Shown: one piece after another, positions 28,760-38,627 of the stretch
Layout: each line of letters starts with the position of its first letter
Numbering within the stretch: position 1 is the first letter of the stretch
Sequence record: MW286157.1
From: Escherichia phage vB_EcoM-BECP11
Reading direction: 5' to 3' (one strand)
DNA: 64,000 bases
The notes under the pieces: generated by a model
What the model was told of the DNA's origin: nothing
Database searches by the model: none
Seen by the model: the letters and a program-made list of their open reading frames with translations, nothing else
Made by a program: the position numbers and the translations under genes

Positions 28760-29302
28760 ATGAAATTTAATTATAATCCTGAATACACACCAAATCCTGT
28801 AGATAAACCGTTTGATATGGATATAGCAAGCATGTACGGCACTCTTGTTAAACCATTAGAAATTAAGGAAACATTTATGACTGCTCGGACCATCGAAACT
28901 GGCAAAACCTACAAACTGGTTGAAACTGAAATTAAAACTGCTGAATTAAATTTGGGTTATAAAGCATTGACTAGTGTTTTTGGTGAAGGCGAGTTTGTGG
29001 TTAAAAGCTTTTCAAAAAGTAACTGGTATGATAAAAATAAAGCTTACGTGATTCGAGCACATCGCTTAGATAATGATGAAGTAATTAAAACTATAGTCTT
29101 TGAAGCAGAGCTTATCCTCTTTCAAGAATGCGATCCTACTGACCTTTTAACTCGTGCGGTAGCTATCAAGACTCCATTTATTTCGGTCTGTGGTTGGGTA
29201 ACAGACCAGTGGGTAGAAGACGGTGTTGAACTTCTGAACGTTGTTCATGCAGGTGATTTTAGTGTAGTACCTCGTAGTGCGGTGGTAGCTATTTTAAATT
29301 AA
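28760..29302 (+). CDS. hypothetical protein, 180 aa, paralogue A
   Basis: C-terminal TDQWVEDGVELLNVVHAGDFSVVP shared with ORF 29379-29876. Confidence 0.5.
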   Translation: MKFNYNPEYTPNPVDKPFDMDIASMYGTLVKPLEIKETFMTARTIETGKTYKLVETEIKTAELNLGYKALTSVFGEGEFVVKSFSKSNWYDKNKAYVIRAHRLDNDEVIKTIVFEAELILFQECDPTDLLTRAVAIKTPFISVCGWVTDQWVEDGVELLNVVHAGDFSVVPRSAVVAILN

Positions 29303-29304
29303 TA

Positions 29305-29340
29305 GTTTACAAACTCTTGGGACCAGAGTATAATGGTCCC
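29305..29340 (+). promoter_or_regulatory. early promoter (-35 GTTTAC 29305-29310, -10 TATAAT 29329-29334) inside stem-loop gggacca/tggtccc
   Basis: 7 bp inverted repeat 29319-29325 / 29334-29340 flanks -10. Confidence 0.65.
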
Positions 29341-29378
29341 GTGGAGTATAAAATCTTTTTAACAAGTGAGAGATAACT

Positions 29379-29876
29379 ATGATTATTAATATTGGTGAAA
29401 TTGCTCGTGTATCTGATAAATCCCGTTCTAAAGCAGCAGGAAAATTGGTAGAAGTTGTAAGCATTCAGCTTAAACATGGTGTTAAAGATGAAGATTCTGA
29501 AGTAAAAGTGCGTATCATTCCTAAAGATGGAAAGTCTAAACCTCAGTTTGGCTATGTTCGTGCGAAATTTCTTGAATCTGCGTTTTTGAAAGCTGTTCCT
29601 GCTAAAGGAATTGAAACGATTGATACTTCGCATGTAGGTGTAGACTTTAAGTGGAAACTCGGTCAGGCTATTAAGTTCGTTGCTCCTTATGAATTCGAAT
29701 TTACTGAAGATGAGGAAGGGGTTGTTCAAAAACACCGTACTCGTGCTATGTGCGCATACATTACTGATCAGTGGGTAGAAGACGGTGTTAAGCTGTACAA
29801 CGCGGTATATTTAGGAACATACAAAGTCATTCCTGAAAGTTGGATTAAACACTATAGCAAAGCTCGCTATGCATAA
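29379..29876 (+). CDS. hypothetical protein, 165 aa, paralogue B
   Basis: C-terminal TDQWVEDGVKLYNAVYLGTYKVIP; identical 21 nt core cagtgggtagaagacggtgtt at 29207 and 29769. Confidence 0.5.
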   Translation: MIINIGEIARVSDKSRSKAAGKLVEVVSIQLKHGVKDEDSEVKVRIIPKDGKSKPQFGYVRAKFLESAFLKAVPAKGIETIDTSHVGVDFKWKLGQAIKFVAPYEFEFTEDEEGVVQKHRTRAMCAYITDQWVEDGVKLYNAVYLGTYKVIPESWIKHYSKARYA

Positions 29877-29906
29877 AGTTTAAAAATTTTTCATAAAACT
29901 ATATAC

Positions 29907-29949
29907 ATCAGTAGTTGATTATGGTACTATATCAATATCAACTACTGAT
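29907..29949 (+). repeat. 13 bp perfect inverted repeat atcagtagttgat / atcaactactgat enclosing promoter -10 TACTAT
   Basis: arms at 29907-29919 and 29937-29949; -10 at 29925-29930. Confidence 0.8.
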
Positions 29950-29973
29950 ACAGAAAATAACTTGGAGAATAAA

Positions 29974-30243
29974 ATGGAAAACTTAATTATCATCGAGCAA
30001 TCTTTCAACGATTATGGTATGGCTTACGGTTATCGTGCGATAATGGAAGATTCTCGTGGATGTGTTATCGATATTGCTGAATGTAAAGATTTACTGCAGC
30101 TTTTGAAGATTGTTCGCAAAAATTGGGATTGTGAAAACATTAAAGCTCGTGTTGTAACGGAAGAAGAAACTGTTTTTCATGATGTAAAATTCGCTAAAGG
30201 TGCTGCTACTCTTCTGAAACGCATCGCTCCACTGTTCAATTAA
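29974..30243 (+). CDS. hypothetical protein, 89 aa
   Basis: ATG 29974 after ttggagaataaa leader identical to that at 10924-10935. Confidence 0.45.
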   Translation: MENLIIIEQSFNDYGMAYGYRAIMEDSRGCVIDIAECKDLLQLLKIVRKNWDCENIKARVVTEEETVFHDVKFAKGAATLLKRIAPLFN

Positions 30244-30256
30244 TGAGGAAATTGTA

Positions 30257-30472
30257 ATGAAACGTAAAATTGTTCAGAATTGTACTAATGACGAATTTGA
30301 AGATGTATTATTCGATCCAGATTTGGTAGTAGTTCAAAAGGAACATACTAATAAGTTTACTCACTTGACTTCGGTTTATGTGTATGAAAAGGTTGGTGAT
30401 AAACAACCAATTTACGGTGTATTTCGTGAAATTACTGAAGATGGCACAACTTACTGGAAGGAAATTTATTAA
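30257..30472 (+). CDS. hypothetical protein, 71 aa
   Basis: SD gaggaaa then ATG. Confidence 0.45.
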   Translation: MKRKIVQNCTNDEFEDVLFDPDLVVVQKEHTNKFTHLTSVYVYEKVGDKQPIYGVFREITEDGTTYWKEIY

Positions 30473-30891
30473 TGGCTATTAAATTTGAAGTTAATAAATG
30501 GTATCAATTTAAAAATAAACAAGCTCAAGAAAATTTTATTAAAGACCATACTGATAACGGAATCTATGCACGCCGTTTAGGTATGCATCCTTTTAAAATT
30601 TTAGATGTTGACCATCTTGGTCGTCCTACTAAAATTGTGACATCTACTGGCACAGTTGGATATGCAACACATGGTGATATCCTTGACGAAAACTTTATCT
30701 GGCTTTCTACTACCGAAGCTGGGTTCTTTGATGAAGTGGAAAATCCATATCAGGCAGCTGAAGAACAAGAGCAGGAAGAGCAAGAACAAATAGAAGATTT
30801 CACAGAATTTCCTGTCATGAAAGTTACTATTGAAAATAATGAACAGGCATGGTCCTTGTATCAGATGTTGAAAGCACACTTTAAGGAATAA
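30472..30891 (+). CDS. hypothetical protein, 139 aa, acidic [10 protein letters not shown] tract
   Basis: coupled to upstream ORF. Confidence 0.45.
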   Translation: MAIKFEVNKWYQFKNKQAQENFIKDHTDNGIYARRLGMHPFKILDVDHLGRPTKIVTSTGTVGYATHGDILDENFIWLSTTEAGFFDEVENPYQAAEEQEQEEQEQIEDFTEFPVMKVTIENNEQAWSLYQMLKAHFKE

Positions 30892-30893
30892 TT

Positions 30894-31070
30894 ATGCCAA
30901 TGTATGATTATAAATGCCAATCCGAAGATTGCGGGCATGAATATGAAAAAATTAAAAAGATTTCTGAACGAGAAAATGATGTTTGCCCTAAATGTCATCG
31001 TCTGTCTACTCGTCGGCCTTCTGCTCCTAAGCATGTGAATGGTGGTTTTTACGACTTACTTAAAAGGTAA
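30894..31070 (+). CDS. 58 aa zinc-ribbon protein (FmdB-like CxxC...CxxC)
   Basis: MPMYDYKCQSEDCGHEYE...CPKCH pattern. Confidence 0.5.
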   Translation: MPMYDYKCQSEDCGHEYEKIKKISERENDVCPKCHRLSTRRPSAPKHVNGGFYDLLKR

Positions 31071-31072
31071 TT

Positions 31073-31444
31073 ATGTTTAAAATCGGTAAGAAATATCGCA
31101 TTTGTGAAGGTGAAGAACAGAAATATCTACTTTCTGCTAGTAATAGGAATAGTTCTATTAATGCTGTAATATCTACAAGCGAATTTATCGTTGAAGATAT
31201 GAAAGGTCATAATGTTACGATGATTAGTACAGCGTCTGGAAATAACGGAAAAATTCTTCACAGTATGCAGAGTAATGTTCTAATTTATGATGAAGAATTT
31301 GACTTCTTCAAAGAAGTTTCCGAAGATTTTGATTTTGAATGTACCATTACTATGAAATCTGGTGACCCTCTTTCTTTTACAGTTAAAGATGAAAGAAGCC
31401 GCTTGAGAATTATTAGTCTTCTTCAAGCCATTAAATTTGAGTGA
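31073..31444 (+). CDS. hypothetical protein, 123 aa
   Basis: ATG 31073, 2 nt after upstream stop. Confidence 0.5.
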   Translation: MFKIGKKYRICEGEEQKYLLSASNRNSSINAVISTSEFIVEDMKGHNVTMISTASGNNGKILHSMQSNVLIYDEEFDFFKEVSEDFDFECTITMKSGDPLSFTVKDERSRLRIISLLQAIKFE

Positions 31445-31449
31445 AAATT

Positions 31450-31710
31450 ATGAAATATATTAATCGTTCTATCGCGGCATTAGTATTAGCAGTGTCTTTA
31501 GCAGGATGTACTGATGCTGATAATGCAACCAAAGTTTTATCTTCAAGTGGTTTTACTAATATTGAAATCACTGGATATAATTGGTTCGGTTGCTCTGAAA
31601 ATGATTTCCAACATACTGGATTTCGTGCTATTGGACCTACTGGGCAGAAAGTAGAAGGAACAGTATGTTCTGGGCTGTTCTTTAAGGATTCAACTATTCG
31701 TTTTAAATAA
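31450..31710 (+). CDS. putative lipoprotein, 86 aa
   Basis: signal peptide with lipobox LAGC (IAALVLAVSLAGC). Confidence 0.5.
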   Translation: MKYINRSIAALVLAVSLAGCTDADNATKVLSSSGFTNIEITGYNWFGCSENDFQHTGFRAIGPTGQKVEGTVCSGLFFKDSTIRFK

Positions 31711-31735
31711 AAGGCCTTCGGGCCTTTAGCTTTAT
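31711..31735 (+). terminator. hairpin aaggcc-ttcg-ggcctt plus U-rich tail
   Basis: directly after lipoprotein gene stop. Confidence 0.55.
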
Positions 31736-31779
31736 GATTGCCGGAGTATAATATTCCCGAAACCAAACGAGGATAAGTG

Positions 31780-33597
31780 ATGATTAAGAATGAAATTAAA
31801 ATTCTGAGCGATATTGAACATATCAAAAAGCGTAGTGGCATGTACATTGGCTCTTCTGCTAATGAAATGCATGAGCGCTTTCTGTTTGGTAAATGGGAAA
31901 GTGTTCAGTATGTACCTGGTCTTGTTAAGCTTATTGATGAAATTATCGATAACTCAGTCGATGAAGGTATTCGTACTAAATTTAAGTTCGCAAATAAAAT
32001 TAATGTTACCATTAAAAATAATCAGGTGACAGTTGAAGATAACGGTCGCGGTATTCCACAAGCGATGGTTAAAACACCTACTGGTGAAGAAATTCCTGGT
32101 CCTGTTGCTGCGTGGACTATTCCAAAAGCAGGTGGTAACTTTGGTGATGATAAAGAACGTGTCACCGGTGGTATGAATGGTGTTGGTTCTAGTTTAACTA
32201 ACATTTTTTCTGTGATGTTTGTCGGTGAAACTGGCGATGGTCAAAATAATATTGTAGTTCGTTGTTCAAATGGCATGGAAAATAAATCATGGGAAACTAT
32301 TCCAGGAAAATGGAAAGGAACTCGTGTTACTTTCATTCCTGATTTTATGTCATTTGAAACTAATGAGCTGTCCCAAGTTTATCTTGACATTACACTAGAT
32401 CGTCTTCAGACACTTGCTGTTGTTTATCCTGATATTCAATTTACTTTTAATGGTAAAAAGGTTCAGGGCAATTTTAAGAAATATGCACGGCAGTATGATG
32501 AACATGCTATTGTTCAAGAACAAGAAAATTGTTCTATTGCGGTTGGTCGTTCACCTGATGGTTTTCGTCAATTAACTTATGTGAATAACATTCACACTAA
32601 GAATGGTGGCCATCACATTGACTGTGTTATGGATGATATTTGTGAAGACCTTATTCCACAAATCAAACGTAAGTTCAAAATTGATGTAACTAAAGCACGT
32701 GTCAAAGAATGTTTGACTATCGTTATGTTTGTTCGTGATATGAAAAACATGCGATTTGATTCTCAAACTAAAGAACGACTTACTTCTCCTTTTGGTGAAA
32801 TTCGTAGTCATATTCAACTTGATGCTAAAAAGATTTCACGCGCTATTCTAAATAATGAAGCAATTTTAATGCCGATTATTGAAGCTGCTTTAGCACGTAA
32901 ATTAGCAGCAGAAAAAGCAGCAGAAACTAAAGCAGCTAAAAAGGCTTCTAAAGCTAAGGTTCATAAACATATCAAAGCGAATCTTTGCGGTAAAGATGCT
33001 GACACTACTCTTTTCTTGACTGAGGGTGATTCTGCTATCGGATATCTTATTGATGTTCGTGATAAAGAACTTCATGGTGGTTATCCATTGCGTGGTAAAG
33101 TTCTCAACAGTTGGGGTATGTCATATGCTGATATGCTTAAAAACAAAGAACTATTTGATATTTGCGCAATCACTGGATTAGTTCTTGGTGAAAAAGCTGA
33201 AAACTTGAATTATCATAATATTGCTATTATGACCGATGCTGACCATGATGGTTTAGGAAGCATTTATCCTTCTCTGCTCGGATTTTTTAGTAATTGGCCA
33301 GAACTGTTTGAACAAGGAAGAATTCGCTTTGTCAAAACTCCTGTAATCATCGCTCAGGTCGGTAAAAAACAAGAATGGTTTTATACAGTCGCTGAATATG
33401 AGAGTGCCAAAGATGCTCTACCTAAACATAGCATCCGTTATATTAAGGGACTTGGCTCTTTGGAAAAATCTGAATATCGTGAGATGATTCAAAACCCAGT
33501 ATATGATGTTGTTAAACTTCCTGAGAACTGGAAAGAGCTTTTTGAAATGCTCATGGGAGATAATGCTGACCTTCGTAAAGAATGGATGAGCCAGTAG
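31780..33597 (+). CDS. 39: topoisomerase II large subunit gp39 (GyrB-like), single uninterrupted gene
   Basis: 605 aa; ATPase and Toprim regions in one ORF, so no separate gene 60. Confidence 0.9.
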   Translation: MIKNEIKILSDIEHIKKRSGMYIGSSANEMHERFLFGKWESVQYVPGLVKLIDEIIDNSVDEGIRTKFKFANKINVTIKNNQVTVEDNGRGIPQAMVKTPTGEEIPGPVAAWTIPKAGGNFGDDKERVTGGMNGVGSSLTNIFSVMFVGETGDGQNNIVVRCSNGMENKSWETIPGKWKGTRVTFIPDFMSFETNELSQVYLDITLDRLQTLAVVYPDIQFTFNGKKVQGNFKKYARQYDEHAIVQEQENCSIAVGRSPDGFRQLTYVNNIHTKNGGHHIDCVMDDICEDLIPQIKRKFKIDVTKARVKECLTIVMFVRDMKNMRFDSQTKERLTSPFGEIRSHIQLDAKKISRAILNNEAILMPIIEAALARKLAAEKAAETKAAKKASKAKVHKHIKANLCGKDADTTLFLTEGDSAIGYLIDVRDKELHGGYPLRGKVLNSWGMSYADMLKNKELFDICAITGLVLGEKAENLNYHNIAIMTDADHDGLGSIYPSLLGFFSNWPELFEQGRIRFVKTPVIIAQVGKKQEWFYTVAEYESAKDALPKHSIRYIKGLGSLEKSEYREMIQNPVYDVVKLPENWKELFEMLMGDNADLRKEWMSQ

Positions 33598-33626
33598 TTT
33601 ACTTTACCACAAGGATGTGGTATAAT
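33597..33626 (+). promoter_or_regulatory. early promoter (-35 GTTTAC, -10 TATAAT)
   Basis: gtttac 33597-33602, tataat 33621-33626. Confidence 0.6.
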
Positions 33627-33651
33627 TAATTGGGCAAATGAGGATATTGGA

Positions 33652-33855
33652 ATGAAATCATATAAAGTAAATTTAGAACTTTTTGATAAAGCAGTTCATC
33701 GAGAATATAGAATCATTCAACGCTTTTTCGATATGGGAGAAGCCGAAGAATTTAAAAACCGCTTTAAAGATATTAGAGATAAAATTCAATCCGACACCGC
33801 AACTAAAGATGAACTACTAGAAGTTGCTGAAGTTATTAAGCGTAATATGAATTAA
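33652..33855 (+). CDS. hypothetical protein, 67 aa (rIIA.1-like)
   Basis: small ORF immediately upstream of rIIA. Confidence 0.45.
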   Translation: MKSYKVNLELFDKAVHREYRIIQRFFDMGEAEEFKNRFKDIRDKIQSDTATKDELLEVAEVIKRNMN

Positions 33856-33865
33856 TGAGGAAATT

Positions 33866-36043
33866 ATGATTATCACCACTGAAAAAGAAACAATTCTTGG
33901 TAATGGTTCTAAATCAAAAGCATTTAGCATCACAGCATCTCCTAAAGTATTTAAAATTCTGTCATCTGATTTGTATACAAACAAAATTCGCGCAGTAGTC
34001 CGTGAATTGATTACTAACATGATTGATGCCCATGCACTCAATGGAAATCCTGAAAAATTTATCATTCAAGTTCCTGGACGTTTAGATCCACGATTTGTTT
34101 GCCGAGATTTTGGTCCGGGTATGAGTGATTTTGATATTCAAGGTGATGATAATTCTCCTGGTTTGTATAATTCATACTTCAGTTCATCTAAGGCTGAATC
34201 TAACGATTTCATTGGCGGATTTGGTTTAGGTTCTAAATCTCCGTTTAGTTATACTGATACATTTAGTATTACTTCGTATCATAAAGGTGAAATTCGTGGT
34301 TATGTAGCTTACATGGATGGCGATGGTCCACAAATTAAACCTACATTCGTGAAAGAAATGGGTCCAGATGATAAAACTGGTATTGAAATCGTAGTTCCAG
34401 TTGAAGAAAAAGACTTTAGAAACTTTGCTTATGAAGTTTCTTATATCATGCGACCGTTCAAAGATTTGGCTATCATTAATGGTCTTGACCGCGAAATTGA
34501 TTATTTTCCGGATTTTGATGACTATTACGGTGTAAATCCAGAAAGATACTGGCCAGATCGTGGTGGATTATATGCTATCTATGGCGGTATTGTATATCCT
34601 ATCGATGGCGTTATTAGAGAGCGTAACTGGCTAAGCATTCGCAATGAAGTGAATTACATTAAGTTTCCAATGGGTTCGCTGGATATTGCTCCATCACGCG
34701 AAGCTCTTTCATTAGATGATCGCACTCGTAAAAATATTATTGAACGAGTTAAAGAACTCAGTGAGAAAGCATTTAATGAAGATGTAAAACGATTTAAAGA
34801 ATCTACATCTCCTCGTCATACATATCGTGAATTGATGAAGATGGGGTATTCTGCTCGAGATTATATGATTAGTAATTCAGTCAAATTCACGACTAAAAAT
34901 CTGTCATATAAGAAGATGCAGAGCATGTTTGAACCTGACAGTAAGTTATGCAATGCAGGAGTTGTGTATGAAGTAAATCTTGACCCTCGACTGAAACGCA
35001 TTAAGCAAAGTCATGAAACTTCAGCCGTTGCATCAAGTTATCGTCTGTTTGGCATTAATACAACAAAAATTAATATTGTTATTGATAATATTAAAAATCG
35101 TGTTAATATTGTCCGTGGATTAGCACATGCGCTAGATGATAGTGAATTTAATAACACTTTAAATATTCATCACAATGAGCGTCTTCTGTTTATTAATCCG
35201 GAAGTAGAATCGCAGATTGATTTACTACCTGATATTATGGCAATGTTTGAAAGTGATGAAGTTAACATTCATTATTTGTCAGAAATTGAAGCTTTAGTTA
35301 AAAGCTATATTCCAAAGGTAGTTAAAAGTAAAGCTCCTCGTCCTAAAGCTGCTACAGCATTTAAGTTTGAAATTAAAGATGGGCGATGGGAAAAAGAGGA
35401 ACTATTTACACTTACGTCAGAAGCAGATGAAATTACTGGTTATGTAGCGTACATGCATCGTTCTGATATTTTCTCTATGGATGGTACTACATCGCTTTGT
35501 CATCCATCTATGAATATTTTGATTCGTATGGCTAATCTTATTGGCATTAATGAATTTTATGTTATTCGTCCGCTTTTACAGAAAAAGGTAAAAGAACTCG
35601 GTCAGTGCCAATGTATTTTTGAAGCTTTGCGTGATTTATATGTAGATGCTTTTGATGATGTAGATTATGATAAGTATGTAGGTTATTCAAGTTCAGCTCA
35701 ACGATATATTGATAAAATTATCAAGCATCCTGAATTAGATTTTATGATGAAGTACTTCAGTACAGATGAAGTTTCTGAAGAATATACACGACTCGCTAAT
35801 ATAGTTAGTTCATTGCGCGGTGTATATTTTAATGGTGGAAAAGATACCATCGGTCATGACATCTGGACAGTAACTAATCTTTTTGATGTATTATCAAATA
35901 ATGCTTCAAAAAACAGTGATAAAATGGTTGCTGAGTTTACCAAGAAATTCCGTATTGTTTCCGACTTCATCGGTTATCGCAGCTCTTTAAGCGATGATGA
36001 AGTCTCCCAAATCGCTAAAACTATGAAGGCCCTTGCGGCCTAA
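33866..36043 (+). CDS. rIIA: rIIA protein
   Basis: 725 aa; N-terminal GHKL-like ATPase region; size equals T4 rIIA; followed by rIIB. Confidence 0.9.
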   Translation: MIITTEKETILGNGSKSKAFSITASPKVFKILSSDLYTNKIRAVVRELITNMIDAHALNGNPEKFIIQVPGRLDPRFVCRDFGPGMSDFDIQGDDNSPGLYNSYFSSSKAESNDFIGGFGLGSKSPFSYTDTFSITSYHKGEIRGYVAYMDGDGPQIKPTFVKEMGPDDKTGIEIVVPVEEKDFRNFAYEVSYIMRPFKDLAIINGLDREIDYFPDFDDYYGVNPERYWPDRGGLYAIYGGIVYPIDGVIRERNWLSIRNEVNYIKFPMGSLDIAPSREALSLDDRTRKNIIERVKELSEKAFNEDVKRFKESTSPRHTYRELMKMGYSARDYMISNSVKFTTKNLSYKKMQSMFEPDSKLCNAGVVYEVNLDPRLKRIKQSHETSAVASSYRLFGINTTKINIVIDNIKNRVNIVRGLAHALDDSEFNNTLNIHHNERLLFINPEVESQIDLLPDIMAMFESDEVNIHYLSEIEALVKSYIPKVVKSKAPRPKAATAFKFEIKDGRWEKEELFTLTSEADEITGYVAYMHRSDIFSMDGTTSLCHPSMNILIRMANLIGINEFYVIRPLLQKKVKELGQCQCIFEALRDLYVDAFDDVDYDKYVGYSSSAQRYIDKIIKHPELDFMMKYFSTDEVSEEYTRLANIVSSLRGVYFNGGKDTIGHDIWTVTNLFDVLSNNASKNSDKMVAEFTKKFRIVSDFIGYRSSLSDDEVSQIAKTMKALAA

Positions 36044-36054
36044 TAAGGAAAATT

Positions 36055-36993
36055 ATGTACAATATTAAATGCCTGACCAAAAATGAACAAGCTGAAATTG
36101 TTAAACTGTATTCAAGCGGTAATTATACTCAGCAAGAATTGGCTGATTGGCAAGGTGTATCGGTTGATACAATCCGTCGTGTTTTGAAAAATGCTGAAGA
36201 AGCTAAACACTCTAAAATTACTATTAGCGGTGATATTACAGTTAAAGTTAATAGCGATGCAGTTATTGCTCCAGTTGCTAAATCTGACATTATTTGGAAT
36301 GCATCTAAAAAATTCATTTCGATTACTGTTGATGGTGTAACTTATAATGCAACACCTAATACTCATTCAAACTTCCAGGAAATTCTTAATCTGCTCGTAG
36401 CGGATAAGCTGGAAGAAGCAGCACAAAAAATTAATGTTCGCCGCGCTGTTGAAAAATATATTTCCGGCGATGTTCGAATTGAAGGTGGAAGCTTATTCTA
36501 TCAAAATATTGAATTGCGGTCTGGTTTGGTTGATCGTATTCTTGATTCGATGGAAAAAGGCGAAAACTTTGAATTTTATTTTCCGTTCTTGGAAAATCTG
36601 CTGGAAAATCCAAGCCAGAAAGCGGTATCTCGACTCTTTGATTTCTTGGTAGCAAACGATATTGAAATTACAGAAGATGGTTACTTCTATGCTTGGAAAG
36701 TAGTTCGTAGCAATTACTTTGATTGTCACTCAAACACTTTTGATAACAGTCCTGGTAAAGTAGTTAAAATGCCGCGTACTCGCGTAAATGACGATGATAC
36801 ACAAACTTGTTCTCGCGGTTTGCATGTATGTTCTAAATCTTATATTCGTCACTTCGGTGGTTCAACTAGTCGAGTTGTAAAAGTTAAAGTTCATCCACGT
36901 GATGTAGTATCAATTCCGATTGATTACAACGATGCTAAAATGCGTACCTGCCAATACGAAGTAGTTGAAGACGTTACTGAACAATTTAAATAA
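36055..36993 (+). CDS. rIIB: rIIB protein
   Basis: 312 aa following rIIA. Confidence 0.9.
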   Translation: MYNIKCLTKNEQAEIVKLYSSGNYTQQELADWQGVSVDTIRRVLKNAEEAKHSKITISGDITVKVNSDAVIAPVAKSDIIWNASKKFISITVDGVTYNATPNTHSNFQEILNLLVADKLEEAAQKINVRRAVEKYISGDVRIEGGSLFYQNIELRSGLVDRILDSMEKGENFEFYFPFLENLLENPSQKAVSRLFDFLVANDIEITEDGYFYAWKVVRSNYFDCHSNTFDNSPGKVVKMPRTRVNDDDTQTCSRGLHVCSKSYIRHFGGSTSRVVKVKVHPRDVVSIPIDYNDAKMRTCQYEVVEDVTEQFK

Positions 36994-37007
36994 GGGCTTC
37001 GGCCCTT
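36992..37007 (+). terminator. hairpin aagggc-ttcg-gccctt overlapping rIIB stop
   Basis: GC stem with TTCG loop; weak U-tract. Confidence 0.45.
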
Positions 37008-37021
37008 AACTAAGGAAAATT

Positions 37022-37216
37022 ATGTTAGGTTATCAAGCACGAGTAAAAGAAGAATACGATCAATTAATGCTCAAAATTAATGCACTGAGCAAATTTTTAG
37101 AAAGCACAAAGTTTCTAACAGTTAGTGCAGTTGAGCAAGAATTACTGCTTTCACAGTTCATCTCAATGAAATCTTATGCTGAATGTCTAGAGAAAAGAAT
37201 TGCACAATTCAAATAA
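37022..37216 (+). CDS. hypothetical helical protein, 64 aa
   Basis: ORF bracketed by two copies of the same hairpin motif. Confidence 0.45.
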   Translation: MLGYQARVKEEYDQLMLKINALSKFLESTKFLTVSAVEQELLLSQFISMKSYAECLEKRIAQFK

Positions 37217-37218
37217 AT

Positions 37219-37241
37219 AAGGGCTTCGGCCCTTTTGTTTT
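37219..37241 (+). terminator. rho-independent terminator aagggc-ttcg-gccctt plus ttttgtttt
   Basis: stem-loop followed by T-run. Confidence 0.7.
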
Positions 37242-37252
37242 AAGGAAAAATT

Positions 37253-37582
37253 ATGATTTATTGTATGAATATCGGCGATTCCGACATAAAAGAGATTAAA
37301 CTGCACGGAAATCATCACGCTAATATTGTGTACTGTAATAAATTTGAGTTTGGTCACGAAAAACTTGGGTTTCTTTACTGTAATGATGTTATAGTCATGG
37401 ATAAAAAGGAGCTCGATGAACTTGACCTCGAGTCTTTAGATGAAAATGACCGAATTTATTATGGTACTCTTAAAGTATATAACGCTTATCTCGGTGGTAA
37501 AAAGGAAAGTCTAAATGCAGAAAACGAATCCGGGTTTACAGAGACTATTTCAGATTCCGACATTTACCCTATCGAACAGTGA
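37253..37582 (+). CDS. hypothetical protein, 109 aa
   Basis: ATG 37253; overlaps denB start. Confidence 0.45.
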   Translation: MIYCMNIGDSDIKEIKLHGNHHANIVYCNKFEFGHEKLGFLYCNDVIVMDKKELDELDLESLDENDRIYYGTLKVYNAYLGGKKESLNAENESGFTETISDSDIYPIEQ

Positions 37583-38072
37583 TTTGACTAGTGAAATGAA
37601 GGTCAAAATTGCTGATACTGCGAGATACTCTTTAAAACAAAATCCAAACCAGGATAAGGCTGAGGTCATCGAAAGATGTCGTATCGCAGTGTATGCTGAG
37701 TATGTTGTAGCAGATTGGTTAAGTGGGTATGTTAACAAAGGTCAAGAAGACGTCGATGATCCGTATACATATGCATGGGATGTTTTAGCACATCCAAAAT
37801 ACTGCGGGCTTCGGGTAGAAGTTAAAACACACCAAACTGACTCTCGATGGATTTCAGTAACGACAGGACACAGCGGAGAGTATCCATACGGTTCTGGAAT
37901 AAATCTAGGGCCCATTCTAAATCATCAAGTCGCTGACTGTATAATTATATTCAACACTAAAGAAATTCATCCAGGTGTCATCCAGTACACTCCGAAGTTC
38001 ATCGGTGACAGAGAAGACCTTCGTAAGGTTGTAAGAAAAAGCAACTACAACGGATGGTATCTTTCCATTTAA
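37515..38072 (+). CDS. denB: endonuclease IV DenB
   Basis: 185 aa at the T4 denB position next to rIIB. Confidence 0.7.
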   Translation: MQKTNPGLQRLFQIPTFTLSNSDLTSEMKVKIADTARYSLKQNPNQDKAEVIERCRIAVYAEYVVADWLSGYVNKGQEDVDDPYTYAWDVLAHPKYCGLRVEVKTHQTDSRWISVTTGHSGEYPYGSGINLGPILNHQVADCIIIFNTKEIHPGVIQYTPKFIGDREDLRKVVRKSNYNGWYLSI

Positions 38073-38091
38073 AAAATTTTTTCACAAAACG

Positions 38092-38121
38092 GTTTACATA
38101 CCACAAGGACCGTGGTACTAT
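38092..38121 (+). promoter_or_regulatory. early promoter (-35 GTTTAC, -10 TACTAT)
   Basis: gtttac 38092-38097, tactat 38116-38121. Confidence 0.6.
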
Positions 38122-38149
38122 TACCCTATCAACTACGGAGGAGCGGAAA

Positions 38150-38413
38150 ATGAAATTTAAATTTTATTACGCTAAACATAAAATAACTGATGAGTTTGTG
38201 TCAGTTGAATATTCTAGCGACGATGAAGGTATGATTTATACTCGCTTGGGACTATCGCATTGGGAGTCTGATCAGCCTTATTTTTCAACTCCTGAAGAAA
38301 TTACACGCTTAGTTAGTGGTCATATGAATGACCATTGGAATGTAATTCTTTCAGATAGTCTTAAAGCGGCTATTAATAGTAATGAAATGAAAATCGCTGA
38401 GATTGAGCTGTGA
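38150..38413 (+). CDS. hypothetical protein, 87 aa
   Basis: ATG 38150 after SD ggaggagcgg. Confidence 0.45.
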   Translation: MKFKFYYAKHKITDEFVSVEYSSDDEGMIYTRLGLSHWESDQPYFSTPEEITRLVSGHMNDHWNVILSDSLKAAINSNEMKIAEIEL

Positions 38414-38492
38414 GTTCACTATGGTGGTGTTTTGTTTGGTTAATTAGTATTCCAGTAATTTGTTTAACATTTACTTTTGTAATGAGGTTATT

Positions 38493-38591
38493 ATGAAAAT
38501 TTTGAATTCTGTACTTATTGCTTGCGCGTGGTGGGTTGCACAGGTTTCAGCGGTAGTAGTTGGTATTCACATTTATTACGAATATTTTTAA
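38493..38591 (+). CDS. 32 aa hydrophobic micro-protein
   Basis: SD aatgaggtt then ATG; single predicted TM helix. Confidence 0.3.
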   Translation: MKILNSVLIACAWWVAQVSAVVVGIHIYYEYF

Positions 38592-38597
38592 AAAGTT

Positions 38598-38627
38598 GTT
38601 TACAAGACTGTTCTTCCGTGGTACTAT
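38598..38627 (+). promoter_or_regulatory. early promoter, near-identical copy of the one at 10869-10898
   Basis: gtttacaagactgttcttccgtggtactat differs by one base from 10869-10898. Confidence 0.65.

Noticed and set aside
31431-31847. 138 aa minus-strand ORF overlapping the lipoprotein gene and start of gene 39
   Set aside because: Antisense across a terminator and a conserved gene start; no supporting signals.
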